Source: an uncultured virus (IMG/VR IMGVR_UViG_2554235223_000001) (taxonomy: Duplodnaviria; Heunggongvirae; Uroviricota; Caudoviricetes). Taken from it: a stretch of 64,000 bases of DNA. The translations under genes were made by a program, and so were the position numbers. The first letter of the stretch is position 1, and each line of letters begins with the position of its first letter. Positions 20,971-30,790 of the stretch are shown here, piece by piece. The DNA lies in IMG/VR virus record IMGVR_UViG_2554235223_000001; one strand, 5' to 3'. Below the pieces are notes generated by a model, which saw only the letters and a program-made list of their open reading frames with translations, did not search any database and was not told where the DNA came from.

Positions 20971-21435
20971 TCAAGCCTTGGGCCACTCCTTATTCAGCGC
21001 AATATCCAGCAGTGAGCTGCCGACGATCCATTCCGGGTAATTACCCCATGGGGCAGGAGCAAGGGGGCGTTCCCATAATTCAAGCGTCGCCGTGTACTTC
21101 CAGTAAATCGGGGCCACCAGCACCGGTCCCTGATAAATATCTGTGAAGCGGCATTTGTAAAACTTAATGCCTGCCGGCGTCTGCAGCTTCATCATGAACC
21201 ATGCAGCCCCGTCAGATAACGCATCACGGAACCAGGACTCAAACGCCAGTCCCTGCGCATCGGTTTCCATAAACCAGGTGATGCTGGCCTGCGTCGGCGT
21301 GGACGTATAAGCTCGCCTTTGCCGCGCGCGGCCGGTGATTAACTGGGTACGTTTTAACGGGCTTACAGGCTGGAATCCGTATCCTTCCTGTAATGGCATA
21401 GGGAGGCTGTCATGTGGGTAGTTGATATCAGTCAT
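20971..21435 (-). CDS. Distal/minor tail protein
   Basis: Follows tape measure gene; LKRTQLITGRARQRR and FESWF motifs. Confidence 0.7.
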   Translation of the reverse strand: MTDINYPHDSLPMPLQEGYGFQPVSPLKRTQLITGRARQRRAYTSTPTQASITWFMETDAQGLAFESWFRDALSDGAAWFMMKLQTPAGIKFYKCRFTDIYQGPVLVAPIYWKYTATLELWERPLAPAPWGNYPEWIVGSSLLDIALNKEWPKA

Positions 21436-21749
21436 GCAGTCTCCCGGTAAAGTATCTCGAATAAAATTTCACCATTAACCTCAGGAGGATATTCATTTCA
21501 GAATAAAGCACGATGGAATCGAAGAAATCTCTGATTTTTTGGTTCAGATTAACGAAGATAAAAATCTTATTAAATCGACACAAACACACAAGGCGATATA
21601 TTTATCAACTCATCTTAAGAGCTAAAAGAAATCAGAAAAAACAGCATTATCAATATATTAATTTTATTGACTTTAATGTGAGCTTACATTGTTTCGGCAC
21701 AGCCCCACATCAAAATAAAAAAGGGCGATGTGCCGACAGGAAATATACG

Positions 21750-22085
21750 TCAATGTGACTGCTTGTTTAAAAGCAACTCCTGAAGAAGAAGCGCAATAGA
21801 AACAAAGATCAAAACCCCACAAAAAACAATTTTTGCAAAATCATAGTTAAACACGGTTGTAAGCGTATCATTATTATATAAGTGATTATGCCTATAGGAA
21901 TAAGTTGTGTAAATCTCATCACATATTTCAAGAATTCCACCAACTATCAAAACAAGCCAAAGAAATGAAAACTTCACTCGGACCTCCTTACGTTTACGTC
22001 TCCTATTGAAGATAAGCCCGCCAATAAAAAGAGGAATCATAAAAGCTATAAAGTCTTTAAATGTAAATGTTAACAACGCTTCCAT
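21750..22085 (-). CDS. AT-rich small membrane protein (moron)
   Basis: Three hydrophobic stretches and a basic RRRKRK loop; start uncertain. Confidence 0.6.
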   Translation of the reverse strand: MEALLTFTFKDFIAFMIPLFIGGLIFNRRRKRKEVRVKFSFLWLVLIVGGILEICDEIYTTYSYRHNHLYNNDTLTTVFNYDFAKIVFCGVLIFVSIALLLQELLLNKQSH

Positions 22086-22168
22086 TAATAAGATCCTTGT
22101 GTTTTCTTGCACCTACTCAGATTGTTAGACTTACCTACCTAATCAAGTCTCAGCTAATGCAGTTTAGC

Positions 22169-25066
22169 TTACCTAGGACCGTGTCGTGTATAGTTTCCTT
22201 TTAGAGCGTTGCCAAAAGCCCCTTGTGGCATGGTAACCTCCTTTGTGAGCTCACCTTTTAACTGCCTGGAAAGCTGTCGATTATTCTGATTGAGTGTAGC
22301 GCTCAACTGCTCCGGAGTAATACCCTGGAGATGAAACTCCTGATTAATCGGCGCGTGTACAGTTGTTTGCCTACGGTTATCGCTGTTAACGTTCTGAACA
22401 CCAGTACCAAACCCTGTACGCCCCAGAGTTGCATCAAGCGGTTGGCCATTTCGAAGTGCCTCAAGCTGAGACACGCCGATCCGGTTCGTTGACGCCTGGT
22501 CGAAGACGTACTCACCTTTGTGAACAATACCCGCGGGCTGATACTTACCACCGGGGCCGGTGTAACCGCCGGAGGCGAAGCCAACTCCTGAAACAGCCTG
22601 GATATTTGAGACGATACTGGCGGTCTGCGCAGCGATTGAGGCCATAGCGATGATGTTGGCCGGATAAGGCGCGCTAACTGCACCGCTTGCTATAGCCTGC
22701 TGGATTTTCACCATTGAGTCCGCGATAGCGAATGCCTTGCTCGCAGCAAAAGCAACCTTGTAGATTGCCGATTGCTCACCAAACCCCGTTCGCATGATGT
22801 CGGCGGTACTGTCAAACAAGGACTGCGTGGCCGCAGATATGATGGTGTTTTTCTGAGCCTCTATGACCTGATTTGCATCCGCCGCACGTTGACGAATAGA
22901 GGTCATTCTGGCCTCACCCTCGGCAGTTATTTCACCGGCCTTCGCATAAGCTTCCTCCTGAGCTGCCAGCCAGCGCTGGAGCTCTTGCTGAGCCTGGTCA
23001 TATTCGTTGATTTGCCCCTGCATCCCCTCAAAAGTTCCAGAGAGTCGCCCTCCTGTGGGTGTCAGGTTTCCTACAACATTACGAACCGTCGCGGGCAGTT
23101 GCATATCGGTATTTTGATAAATATCTGCCCGTGTTTTTTCATATTCACCGGGCTTTAGTTGCCCGGTTGCTTTGGCCTTCTCCAGAAGTTCAAGACGGGT
23201 TTTAAGCAGATCGTTGGTCCGCTCATCCTTCGTCTTTACCTGTTCCTGCATTTTCCGGTAATCATCCAGGGTTTTTACGGAGTTTTGCAGTGCCTCCTGC
23301 TGCTTATACGCCTGGAGGATTTCATCTGAACGGGAAAGGATCGATTTCTGGTCAGCGGTGAGCTGCGTTTTAGACTTGAGGTCAGTAATTTGCTGTTCGA
23401 ACTTAACACGTGCCTGGGTTGCGCTGTTAAGCTTGTCACTGGCATCCAGTTGTGACTGCAAGGCAGCTGTCTGCTGGTTTATTTGATCAAGCAACCTGGT
23501 TGCTGCGTCCTCGGTATATGCTTTACCCTTTGGCGTCTTGGGTGGTTTCGGATCTTTGTACATCTCGTTAATGCGAGAAACATTTTTTGCATATTGCTCT
23601 GCAGTAATTGCACCAGCCTTCAGGAATTCGCTTTGCTGCTTAATAGCTTTATTGCGCTTATCCGCATTGCTCAGATATTGCTGGTTAACGCGATCTGCTT
23701 CCTGCTGCGTTTTAATTCTTTGCTGTTCGGCTTCCTTAGCCTTCGCCTGTCCTTTGGTTACATCCCCCTGAAGATTGGCAACTGATTCGAGCAAATCTCT
23801 CTGTTTTATCATCTCCGGGAGGTTGGTAAACCTCGCGCTAAAACTGTTCCAGAACCCACCATCTTTTTGCCCTTTTTGGGCTTCAGCAATATTTTCGTTT
23901 AAGGTGGCAAGTTTATCCGTTAGTGTTTGTTCACGCCCAATATTGAGCATCGCATCCCAGGCGCCTTTGGCCGTTTTACCCAGCGAGTCCCATGCACTTT
24001 CAAGAAGACCAAGATTCTGATGAATATCATTCGCACGCTGCTGCATGGCATTGGCGTAAGCATCAGTAGCCACCCGTGCAGCATCCTGCTGATTACCTTC
24101 ATCCTGTAGCGCTTTAATCTGGTTGTAGGTTGCCAGTGTCAGAAAGTGGTACTGGTCGTTAAGTTTGGTAATGGCCGCAACCGGGTCAGCAGTAATGTCG
24201 TTGAAATCACCAACCAGCTTATCGGTAGCAATGCCCGTCGCCTCGCTGGTCTTAACAATGGCGGTTGTCACGCGCTCCAATGAGTCGCCAGCTACTTTAC
24301 CGGATAACACCAACTGATTCAGCGTTGAAGCTGCTGCACCGGTTGTGGAGTTAGCTGCGACCGATACACGGGCCGCCATATCTGCCAGTTGACCGGAAGT
24401 TTTGCCTACCAGATTACCAGTGAGAACGAGAGACTTATAAAATTCGTCCTGCTCCTGAGTGCCTTTGTAATAGGCCAGACCAAGAAATCCGACCGCCGCA
24501 GCTGCAAGAGTTAAAGGGTTAACCAACCCCATAACATAGGTGCCCACACCCTTAATTGCCGGACCAATACCACCAAACATATCTTTTAACTGCCCGCCCT
24601 GCTGCATAAGCACCATAAACGGTGACTGACCTGTAGATAAGCCGACAATAATGTCGGTCATCTGCGCCGGGATCATGCGCATGGCATAGGCAGTCTGGGC
24701 GGCGGATTGGCCGGTTTTACCAAGGTCGTCGCGAAATCCTGTTAGCCTGTTTCGTGTTTCCTCGATTTTCTTTGAATAAAGATCGAATGTATCGGTATCT
24801 ACCATCCCCTTGGATTTGAATTTCGCAAGATCCTGCTGCTGTTTATCCAGTTTGTTCAGCGCGGCGTTTACCGGGTCGATACGATCTAAAAGTTCAGAAA
24901 GGGACTGTTTTTCTTCATCAGTGGCCTTTGTCACTTTCCCTGCACTGGTGGCAGCACGTTCACCTGCCTGCGTCATTTTTACAAGTGCAGTTGCGAGATT
25001 GTCAGCCTGCTTTTCTGCCCCAGAGCTGTCAATAATAATGGCCAGGCGGGAGGTTTGTTCTGTCAC
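22169..25066 (-). CDS. Tail tape measure protein
   Basis: Long helical ORF; lambda-H-like QQGGQLKDMFGG; FASGGYTG..GIVHKGEYV; GTG start after GGAG. Confidence 0.92.
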   Translation of the reverse strand: MTEQTSRLAIIIDSSGAEKQADNLATALVKMTQAGERAATSAGKVTKATDEEKQSLSELLDRIDPVNAALNKLDKQQQDLAKFKSKGMVDTDTFDLYSKKIEETRNRLTGFRDDLGKTGQSAAQTAYAMRMIPAQMTDIIVGLSTGQSPFMVLMQQGGQLKDMFGGIGPAIKGVGTYVMGLVNPLTLAAAAVGFLGLAYYKGTQEQDEFYKSLVLTGNLVGKTSGQLADMAARVSVAANSTTGAAASTLNQLVLSGKVAGDSLERVTTAIVKTSEATGIATDKLVGDFNDITADPVAAITKLNDQYHFLTLATYNQIKALQDEGNQQDAARVATDAYANAMQQRANDIHQNLGLLESAWDSLGKTAKGAWDAMLNIGREQTLTDKLATLNENIAEAQKGQKDGGFWNSFSARFTNLPEMIKQRDLLESVANLQGDVTKGQAKAKEAEQQRIKTQQEADRVNQQYLSNADKRNKAIKQQSEFLKAGAITAEQYAKNVSRINEMYKDPKPPKTPKGKAYTEDAATRLLDQINQQTAALQSQLDASDKLNSATQARVKFEQQITDLKSKTQLTADQKSILSRSDEILQAYKQQEALQNSVKTLDDYRKMQEQVKTKDERTNDLLKTRLELLEKAKATGQLKPGEYEKTRADIYQNTDMQLPATVRNVVGNLTPTGGRLSGTFEGMQGQINEYDQAQQELQRWLAAQEEAYAKAGEITAEGEARMTSIRQRAADANQVIEAQKNTIISAATQSLFDSTADIMRTGFGEQSAIYKVAFAASKAFAIADSMVKIQQAIASGAVSAPYPANIIAMASIAAQTASIVSNIQAVSGVGFASGGYTGPGGKYQPAGIVHKGEYVFDQASTNRIGVSQLEALRNGQPLDATLGRTGFGTGVQNVNSDNRRQTTVHAPINQEFHLQGITPEQLSATLNQNNRQLSRQLKGELTKEVTMPQGAFGNALKGNYTRHGPR

Positions 25067-25139
25067 GTGCTTTTCTCCGGGCAATAAAAAACCCCGCCAA
25101 AGCGAGGTTGGAACTTTTTGAAACTGTCGGGTCTTTACT

Positions 25140-25696
25140 TCATTGGCGGTAAAACATTATTGCTACGATAATCACCGCAAAGACAGTAATTGAAATTCCA
25201 GCGATTAACTTTACATTGACATCAGCCAGCCTATCACTAGCTCCAGTATTGTCAGTGTTAGCTATTATCTTCGAAGGAGTGGTAATGATACCAACGTGTT
25301 GATTTCGTATTTTCACTGACACCAGGATCATCCTGATGTTACAAGGATTGAATGACTACAGATTAAAATAGTCATCAACAGGTTGACAGCATTACCCGAA
25401 GGAGTTACATCACTCCCGCAATGCTTGCACTTCACCGCTTCGGAATTTATTAATTCTGCGCAGTAAGGGCATTTGACTGAAGTTCCGGACGCTTTTAGCT
25501 TATCTCCCACCAGAGCAATAATGATACCTGCGATGGCTACGAAACCTCCAAATATCATGTAATTTTGGCGCGATGACATTAATCCAAGATTGTTAACCCT
25601 ATAGCCACCGCTTGTCGCTACTGTCACATCCATAAATAGCGCCGATACAGCAAAGATCACCCCTATTACAATCGCTAAGTATCCAATAATCTTCAC
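25140..25696 (-). pseudogene. Zinc-ribbon membrane protein (~143 aa) split by a MITE
   Basis: CPYC..CKHC motif; removing 25281-25396 plus one TSD fuses ...SDVTPS to KIIANTD... in frame. Confidence 0.85.
25281..25396. mobile_element. 116-bp IS1-like MITE with 9-bp TSD CGAAGGAGT
   Basis: Terminal IRs GGTAATGATACCAACGTGTTGAT / GGTAATGCTGTCAACCTGTTGAT (19/23 identical); TSD at 25272-25280 and 25397-25405. Confidence 0.88.
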
Positions 25697-25743
25697 TTGT
25701 CTACCCCATAAATTAAAAAGCCACCCGATGGTGGCTTTATCAT

Positions 25744-26100
25744 TCAGCTTGCGTTCTCACAACCCGGCAGGCTGCGGTCAATCACAAGATTACCCTCAAC
25801 ACGCAGACCAATTTTACCGAACAGGAAGGAGTGGTTAAGTTGAGTGACAACTACGTCAGACAGACCAACTGCACAGCGATCTTTTTCAATCGCTCGATCA
25901 GCGGCTGTTTTAACGTTCGGGATGCCAAGAGGGAAGATGATAACCGGATAGCTATCTTCTGCTGTTACACGTTTCCCTTTATAGAACTTACCCCCATTGA
26001 GATTGTAATTTTTAGTACTCGCCACAGTCAAATCTGCAACACGTACTGTACAACCAGAAAGTAACAGCGCTCCAAGCGCCAAAGCGATGACTTTTTTCAT
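25744..26100 (-). CDS. Lipoprotein (moron)
   Basis: Signal peptide with LSGC lipobox; terminator at ~25714-25740. Confidence 0.8.
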   Translation of the reverse strand: MKKVIALALGALLLSGCTVRVADLTVASTKNYNLNGGKFYKGKRVTAEDSYPVIIFPLGIPNVKTAADRAIEKDRCAVGLSDVVVTQLNHSFLFGKIGLRVEGNLVIDRSLPGCENAS

Positions 26101-26176
26101 TATATGTTTCCTTTGATTGCAATCGGAAACATCCTATCATCGACTTTCAGGAGCATGGACCACCATTAATGGTAGG

Positions 26177-26533
26177 TCAGTTACTTCCTTTCTTATCCGC
26201 TGCACGTTTCTGTGCCTCTGCCCACTCAGCCCTCCAGGCATCATCGAGAGCCAGTATGGCTGCGTCAAACTCAATGCGGTCGATCAGGATGGTGCGCGAT
26301 GCCAGGTAAAGCTCGATATCGTTCAGGGATAGAGGGAGCGGCACTCCGGCCATGCCGGCATACTTCCTGCCGCGCGATATCATGGCGTAAGCGTTGAGGA
26401 TCTCCCCAGTGACTGCATCGATTTCAGGCTCCTGAATGGGCGGGAGATTTAGTTTCTCCCTGCGCCACTTTGCTTTCTCGCCCTGCTCGCCGGCGAATTC
26501 CTTTAGCCACTTTTGGGCCTCTATGGCTTTTTT
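26177..26533 (-). CDS. Tail assembly chaperone frameshift extension (gpT-like)
   Basis: -1 frame open from slippery AAAAAAG (26527-26533) to stop at 26177. Confidence 0.8.
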   Translation of the reverse strand, partial: KKAIEAQKWLKEFAGEQGEKAKWRREKLNLPPIQEPEIDAVTGEILNAYAMISRGRKYAGMAGVPLPLSLNDIELYLASRTILIDRIEFDAAILALDDAWRAEWAEAQKRAADKKGSN

Positions 26534-27003
26534 ACGGTTTCCTGAGTCTGCTGCTCCTTACCCTGAGCAATATTCGCCGCCTCAGCCAGAATAAGCCAGT
26601 ACAGAGAGGGGTTTTGCTTCAGTAACGCAACACCACGCTCCGGTGTATACGCTACCGCCGTCTCCGTACCATCCACCAGCTCCCCCACGCCTTCCCAGTC
26701 TTTCAGAAGAAAGCGCGCGCAATTGTCGATGAGAAGATCATCAACCGAGTCAATCTCGCCCACACTGGCGAGATCGAAAGCATCCGTACCGACCTGGTAG
26801 CTCGCGTCCATTTTGTCGATATGGCGCCGCACCAGCGCATTGCGTGAGCGGTATTGTGGATTCTCGCTACTGGCCACCAGCAGACGGAGTTTAAATAGCG
26901 CCTCGTCTTCCGGCGTGAATTTCTTTTTACTTCCTGCTGGCTTTTTGTAAGGGTAAAACCAGCGTTCTCCGTTCAAATCAATTTGAGAAGAAATAATCAG
27001 CAT
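26521..27003 (-). CDS. Tail assembly chaperone (gpG-like)
   Basis: Between tail tube and tape measure genes; ends GTA AAA AAG CCA TAG. Confidence 0.8.
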   Translation of the reverse strand: MLIISSQIDLNGERWFYPYKKPAGSKKKFTPEDEALFKLRLLVASSENPQYRSRNALVRRHIDKMDASYQVGTDAFDLASVGEIDSVDDLLIDNCARFLLKDWEGVGELVDGTETAVAYTPERGVALLKQNPSLYWLILAEAANIAQGKEQQTQETVKKP

Positions 27004-27056
27004 AAAGACTCCCAAAAAAGCCCGTTCCGCGATGACTGCAGAACGGGCCAGGTAAA

Positions 27057-28229
27057 TTAAGGCGCGGTAACGGTGATTTCAGACGTTGCGGTAAAGGTGC
27101 GGGCCTTACCGGTGATGGTTGCAGTACCGGCTGCGTTACGTGTGACTTTCGCTGTTTTCTGCCCGGTAGAAACCACGCTGGCGATAGTCGGATCCGATGA
27201 CGTCCACTGGACGGTATCAGTTGAATCAGCTGGCGTAAGCGTGGCGGTTAACGTCACAGTAGATCCCACTGCTCCAGTTGAAGTGGCTGGCGCAACACTG
27301 ATTGCCGTCGCCGGCACTTTGGGAACGCGGGTGATAGTTGGCGGAGTATTGGCCGCGGTGATATCCAGCTGAACCTGAACAATGTCAGTGCTCCCCGCAT
27401 CCGGCCAGTCGCCGGAGATCTGCACTTCCGGGAAATCGAAGGTATAGGCGCCTTCAGCATTCTCCAGCGTGAAGCTAAACGGCACCGTTTCGCCGGTGAA
27501 CGTTTTTTTGTAAACCTCCCAGGCAGCCTTTGACCATGACAGCGTGATTTGACCTGACGGGGTAAAGGTTGTCGGAATGTTTGCGCCGGCGAATGCCGAA
27601 CCGGTACCAATGCAGCGCTGAGTCTGCATATTGTTGTTGAACTGGATGTTGAAGGTGTCGACGCAGAAACCTGTCCCGCCATCAACACCATTTAGCCGGA
27701 TGTTCGTGACCTCTTTAAAGGAGTAACGCAGCGCCCCCGCTAAATCCACCGGCGCGGTGAAATAGCTGGTATCGTCCCCCTTCGTCTCCCAGTCCAGCCC
27801 TGCAAACGTAATGGTTGCAGTGATATCACCATCGGCCGGGATTTCCATCTGGAAGGTGCCAACCTGGCAACCGCGGGCAATCTGGGCGATCCCCACATCA
27901 CTGGCAAAAGTCGCCACGGAGAACGTAATGCGACCATTACCCATCGTTAGCACGTTATTTAGCCATTCGGAACCGAAGCAGCTGGCAAGAAAATCATCAT
28001 GCTGGTTCCAGCGAAACCGCGTGCCGACATCGCCGCCGACATCCACTGTGCCGCGTGAAACACCTTGCGCCATGCGGTCACCAGCGATTTCGTCATTGTC
28101 GTTGGTGTTCTGCGTTGGTTTCAGACCAAATGAAGAACGACGCAGCAGGTTCCACGCCCCTGCTGTAGGCGTGATTCCTGGCGTTGTCTCGCGAATAAAC
28201 GCGGCTACTACTTTTGCACCTGAGCTCAC
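27057..28229 (-). CDS. Tail tube protein with C-terminal Ig-like (Big_2-type) domain
   Basis: C-terminal TATLTPADSTDTVQWTSSDPTIASV Ig signature. Confidence 0.85.
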   Translation of the reverse strand: MSSGAKVVAAFIRETTPGITPTAGAWNLLRRSSFGLKPTQNTNDNDEIAGDRMAQGVSRGTVDVGGDVGTRFRWNQHDDFLASCFGSEWLNNVLTMGNGRITFSVATFASDVGIAQIARGCQVGTFQMEIPADGDITATITFAGLDWETKGDDTSYFTAPVDLAGALRYSFKEVTNIRLNGVDGGTGFCVDTFNIQFNNNMQTQRCIGTGSAFAGANIPTTFTPSGQITLSWSKAAWEVYKKTFTGETVPFSFTLENAEGAYTFDFPEVQISGDWPDAGSTDIVQVQLDITAANTPPTITRVPKVPATAISVAPATSTGAVGSTVTLTATLTPADSTDTVQWTSSDPTIASVVSTGQKTAKVTRNAAGTATITGKARTFTATSEITVTAP

Positions 28230-28252
28230 AGGAGCCTCCTGTTTTTTGTGCG

Positions 28253-28645
28253 CTACAGAGCGCGATAAGGAATTTGAAGATTGAGCTGTAACCAGCCATC
28301 GGTCTCACCCGCCGGCACAGCAGAAACAGCGAAATAACTCAGCTTTCCGTCATCCTTAAACTCGAATAGCTCCGTTAGCTGATCGGCCGTTCGGGAGATA
28401 AGCAACGTCCCGGAACCGACCGGAACAAAAAGCTGAATGATGAGTAAGCCCGTCCTGTGGACTACCGGCCCGTCCCCGATCTCGGTTGCGCCAGCCTGCC
28501 CAGCAATGTTGGTTAGTCGGGCCCAGATATCGCGGTTACTGGGGTCAAATACCGGGCCATTCGGATAATCCACCGCATCAGAGGCAATAGCGGTCTGTGC
28601 CGCCATTCGGGAAATGACAGCGTTTCTGATTTCTGTAAGGGTCAT
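28253..28645 (-). CDS. Tail terminator-like protein
   Basis: Position; GLLIIQLFVPVGSG motif. Confidence 0.65.
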   Translation of the reverse strand: MTLTEIRNAVISRMAAQTAIASDAVDYPNGPVFDPSNRDIWARLTNIAGQAGATEIGDGPVVHRTGLLIIQLFVPVGSGTLLISRTADQLTELFEFKDDGKLSYFAVSAVPAGETDGWLQLNLQIPYRAL

Positions 28646-29193
28646 TTGTAGGCCTGAATAACACCATTAAACGAGACGGCATAGACGCCTGTCGGCGCCT
28701 GTGTTGAGTGGCCATTCTCCAGAGGCACGGAGTAAGGCAGGTTCGACTGGATGTAAATCACCGAGTAGGCTGGCGCCTGGTCAATGATATTTTTGCCATT
28801 AAGAAACGTCATTGTCCCGCGCGGATCCGGTTCGGTCGGGACGGAATGATTAGGTTCGCCGATGCTGACGAAATGCGATGCCCTGAAGGTTCCTGCGCGA
28901 TACTCAGCCGGCCGCCTGATATCCATGCTGTCATTAACACGGACTTTCTTTCTGAGACGGCCTGTCTTTGTCAGGTTGGCAGGATCGGCATAAAGAGATT
29001 CGTTCCATTCCCCAACAGCTTTGTTGTACTGAACCGCGGTCGCGTTAATGGCCCACAGCTCCGGGTTTCCTACCGGCGACCGCCGAACGATTTCATTCAG
29101 CAGCTGAATGGCGATTGTCCGCTGGCGTAGTTTGACATCTTCTGCCACCAGCCCGGCGAATGCCGCCGGGTCAATGTTCCAGCCCTTAGCCAT
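28642..29193 (-). CDS. Neck protein (HK97 gp10-like)
   Basis: RSPVG..GTFRAS..NLPYSVPLENGHSTQAP; start MAKGWN. Confidence 0.7.
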   Translation of the reverse strand: MAKGWNIDPAAFAGLVAEDVKLRQRTIAIQLLNEIVRRSPVGNPELWAINATAVQYNKAVGEWNESLYADPANLTKTGRLRKKVRVNDSMDIRRPAEYRAGTFRASHFVSIGEPNHSVPTEPDPRGTMTFLNGKNIIDQAPAYSVIYIQSNLPYSVPLENGHSTQAPTGVYAVSFNGVIQAYK

Positions 29194-29194
29194 A

Positions 29195-29578
29195 TCACGC
29201 CCTCCGCAGTTGAATGGAGTACGCAGCGCCAGCAGAGTCGGCAGAAGCGGTGATGACCTCGTAGCGCTGAAGCTCACCCGTAACCGGATCCGGTGCGGTG
29301 ATGATATGCCCGACGGCCGGCTTATCAGTCACCTCGTTAACCAGTGCGGTTAGCTTCACATCACCATGCAGAATGTTAACGCCATCGATACGGCGCAGCT
29401 TATAGCGCGCCAGTACTCCACGCCCCGAGTAAGTCACCTGCGTTTCAGTGCCGGTTTCCGTCACCGGGTCCCAGGCACCCCGAACGGTATATGACCCAGT
29501 GAAATCCTTAACGGCATCCTGCAGGTCGGTATCGAATGCCGCGGCGACTTCGGTTTGCAGCTCGTCACGAATGCCCAT
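29195..29578 (-). CDS. Head-tail adaptor/closure protein
   Basis: Position and size. Confidence 0.6.
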   Translation of the reverse strand: MGIRDELQTEVAAAFDTDLQDAVKDFTGSYTVRGAWDPVTETGTETQVTYSGRGVLARYKLRRIDGVNILHGDVKLTALVNEVTDKPAVGHIITAPDPVTGELQRYEVITASADSAGAAYSIQLRRA

Positions 29579-29798
29579 TGCACCCACCAATACGCTGCTG
29601 AGGTTTAACGATCACTGTACCGTGGAGTTTGCGGGTATAAATTTCGCCATTGCGCTTAACCCGCAGCGGGAGCGGAGCAAACTCTACAACACCCTTTGCC
29701 TGGTTTGCGTAAACGACATGTCTGATCGGGTTTCCATTCACAAACACATCGCGGGGACCGAGCCCGTCGCCGGCATAATGCACATATGGATTTTGCAT
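29565..29798 (-). CDS. Hypothetical phage protein
   Basis: 77-aa ORF with RBS, inside the operon. Confidence 0.55.
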   Translation of the reverse strand: MQNPYVHYAGDGLGPRDVFVNGNPIRHVVYANQAKGVVEFAPLPLRVKRNGEIYTRKLHGTVIVKPQQRIGGCNGHS

Positions 29799-29807
29799 GT
29801 TACCCCC

Positions 29808-30062
29808 TTACCGCCGCTCAATATGAGCATGGATAAAGTCGGTTTTAAGCGACTCCATAGCGCCAACCATCACATAGGGGCGTCCACCGTTATGCCAGCA
29901 ATCAATCGCGTTACCCTCATCATCAAGCAGTATCACTGCGACACTGTGGCAGCCGCCGTTTTCGGCTCTCTCCAGAGCCTGTTTCAGCAGGCGAATAACC
30001 TGGTCGTTATCGAGGTTGTGATGGCTGGGCTTTTGAAATGGGACCACCTTCAAATCGGACAT
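29808..30062 (-). CDS. Hypothetical phage protein
   Basis: 84-aa ORF directly after the upstream gene. Confidence 0.6.
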   Translation of the reverse strand: MSDLKVVPFQKPSHHNLDNDQVIRLLKQALERAENGGCHSVAVILLDDEGNAIDCWHNGGRPYVMVGAMESLKTDFIHAHIERR

Positions 30063-30063
30063 A

Positions 30064-30459
30064 TCACGCCCTCACAAAGAATGTCTGGAAAGGGTTAATC
30101 ATCCACGGTTTGAGCATATCCAGCGCCAGCTGCAAATCAGGATCGAGTAATTCAGTGCTGGTGGTTGAAAGCTCGGCAAAAGTGCGGGAAACCTTCACAT
30201 CGTCGGCCTCAACGCTTTTGCTCGTCACCACGCCGGAATCTGTTTTTTGCTGATACAGATTGCCTGCAGCGGCTACGGAAGCGATAAACGCTCCGGCTTG
30301 CTTAACTTCTTCAGGAATATGCTCCGGGTCGATATCCTGAAGGTTAAGCGCCGTTATCCAGGTGTTTGCCTGGAGCACGGCTTTACCCTTTTTGTCGGCG
30401 GCAGCCCAGGTATCCCCCAGCAACTCGTCAACGTCCTGGATTGTTATATAAACGGTCAT
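30064..30459 (-). CDS. Head completion/connector protein
   Basis: Start MTVYITIQDVD after GAGGA; follows the capsid gene. Confidence 0.6.
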   Translation of the reverse strand: MTVYITIQDVDELLGDTWAAADKKGKAVLQANTWITALNLQDIDPEHIPEEVKQAGAFIASVAAAGNLYQQKTDSGVVTSKSVEADDVKVSRTFAELSTTSTELLDPDLQLALDMLKPWMINPFQTFFVRA

Positions 30460-30499
30460 CGGATCCTCACCAAAAGAAACGGGGCTTTCGCCCCGTCGG

Positions 30500-30790
30500 T
30501 TAACCACCCGCAGGAGCAGTGAACGCAATCGCTTCAGTTGTTTTCACCACACCGTCAACGGTAGCCGTCACCGTGAAGGAGCCGGCCGTAGCAGAGGTGA
30601 GTTTCACCGTCGAGCCACCAGCAGACCCTGTCTGTGACGTCGAAGCACTGAGTGTGCCGCCTGTAGACGTCCACGCCACAGATGCCCCGGAGACTCCTGC
30701 ACCATTTCTGGTGTACTTGAGCGAAACGGTCACCGCGTCGGTACTGTCAGCAGTTGCGGAAGTTTTATCCACTGACAGGGTTACTCCCCC
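30500..30790 (-). CDS. Ig-like (Big_1-type) domain probably fused to capsid by -1 frameshift
   Basis: -1 frame from GCG GGG GAG TAA reads GVTLSVDKTSATADSTDAVTVS... Confidence 0.7.
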   Translation of the reverse strand, partial: GGVTLSVDKTSATADSTDAVTVSLKYTRNGAGVSGASVAWTSTGGTLSASTSQTGSAGGSTVKLTSATAGSFTVTATVDGVVKTTEAIAFTAPAGG

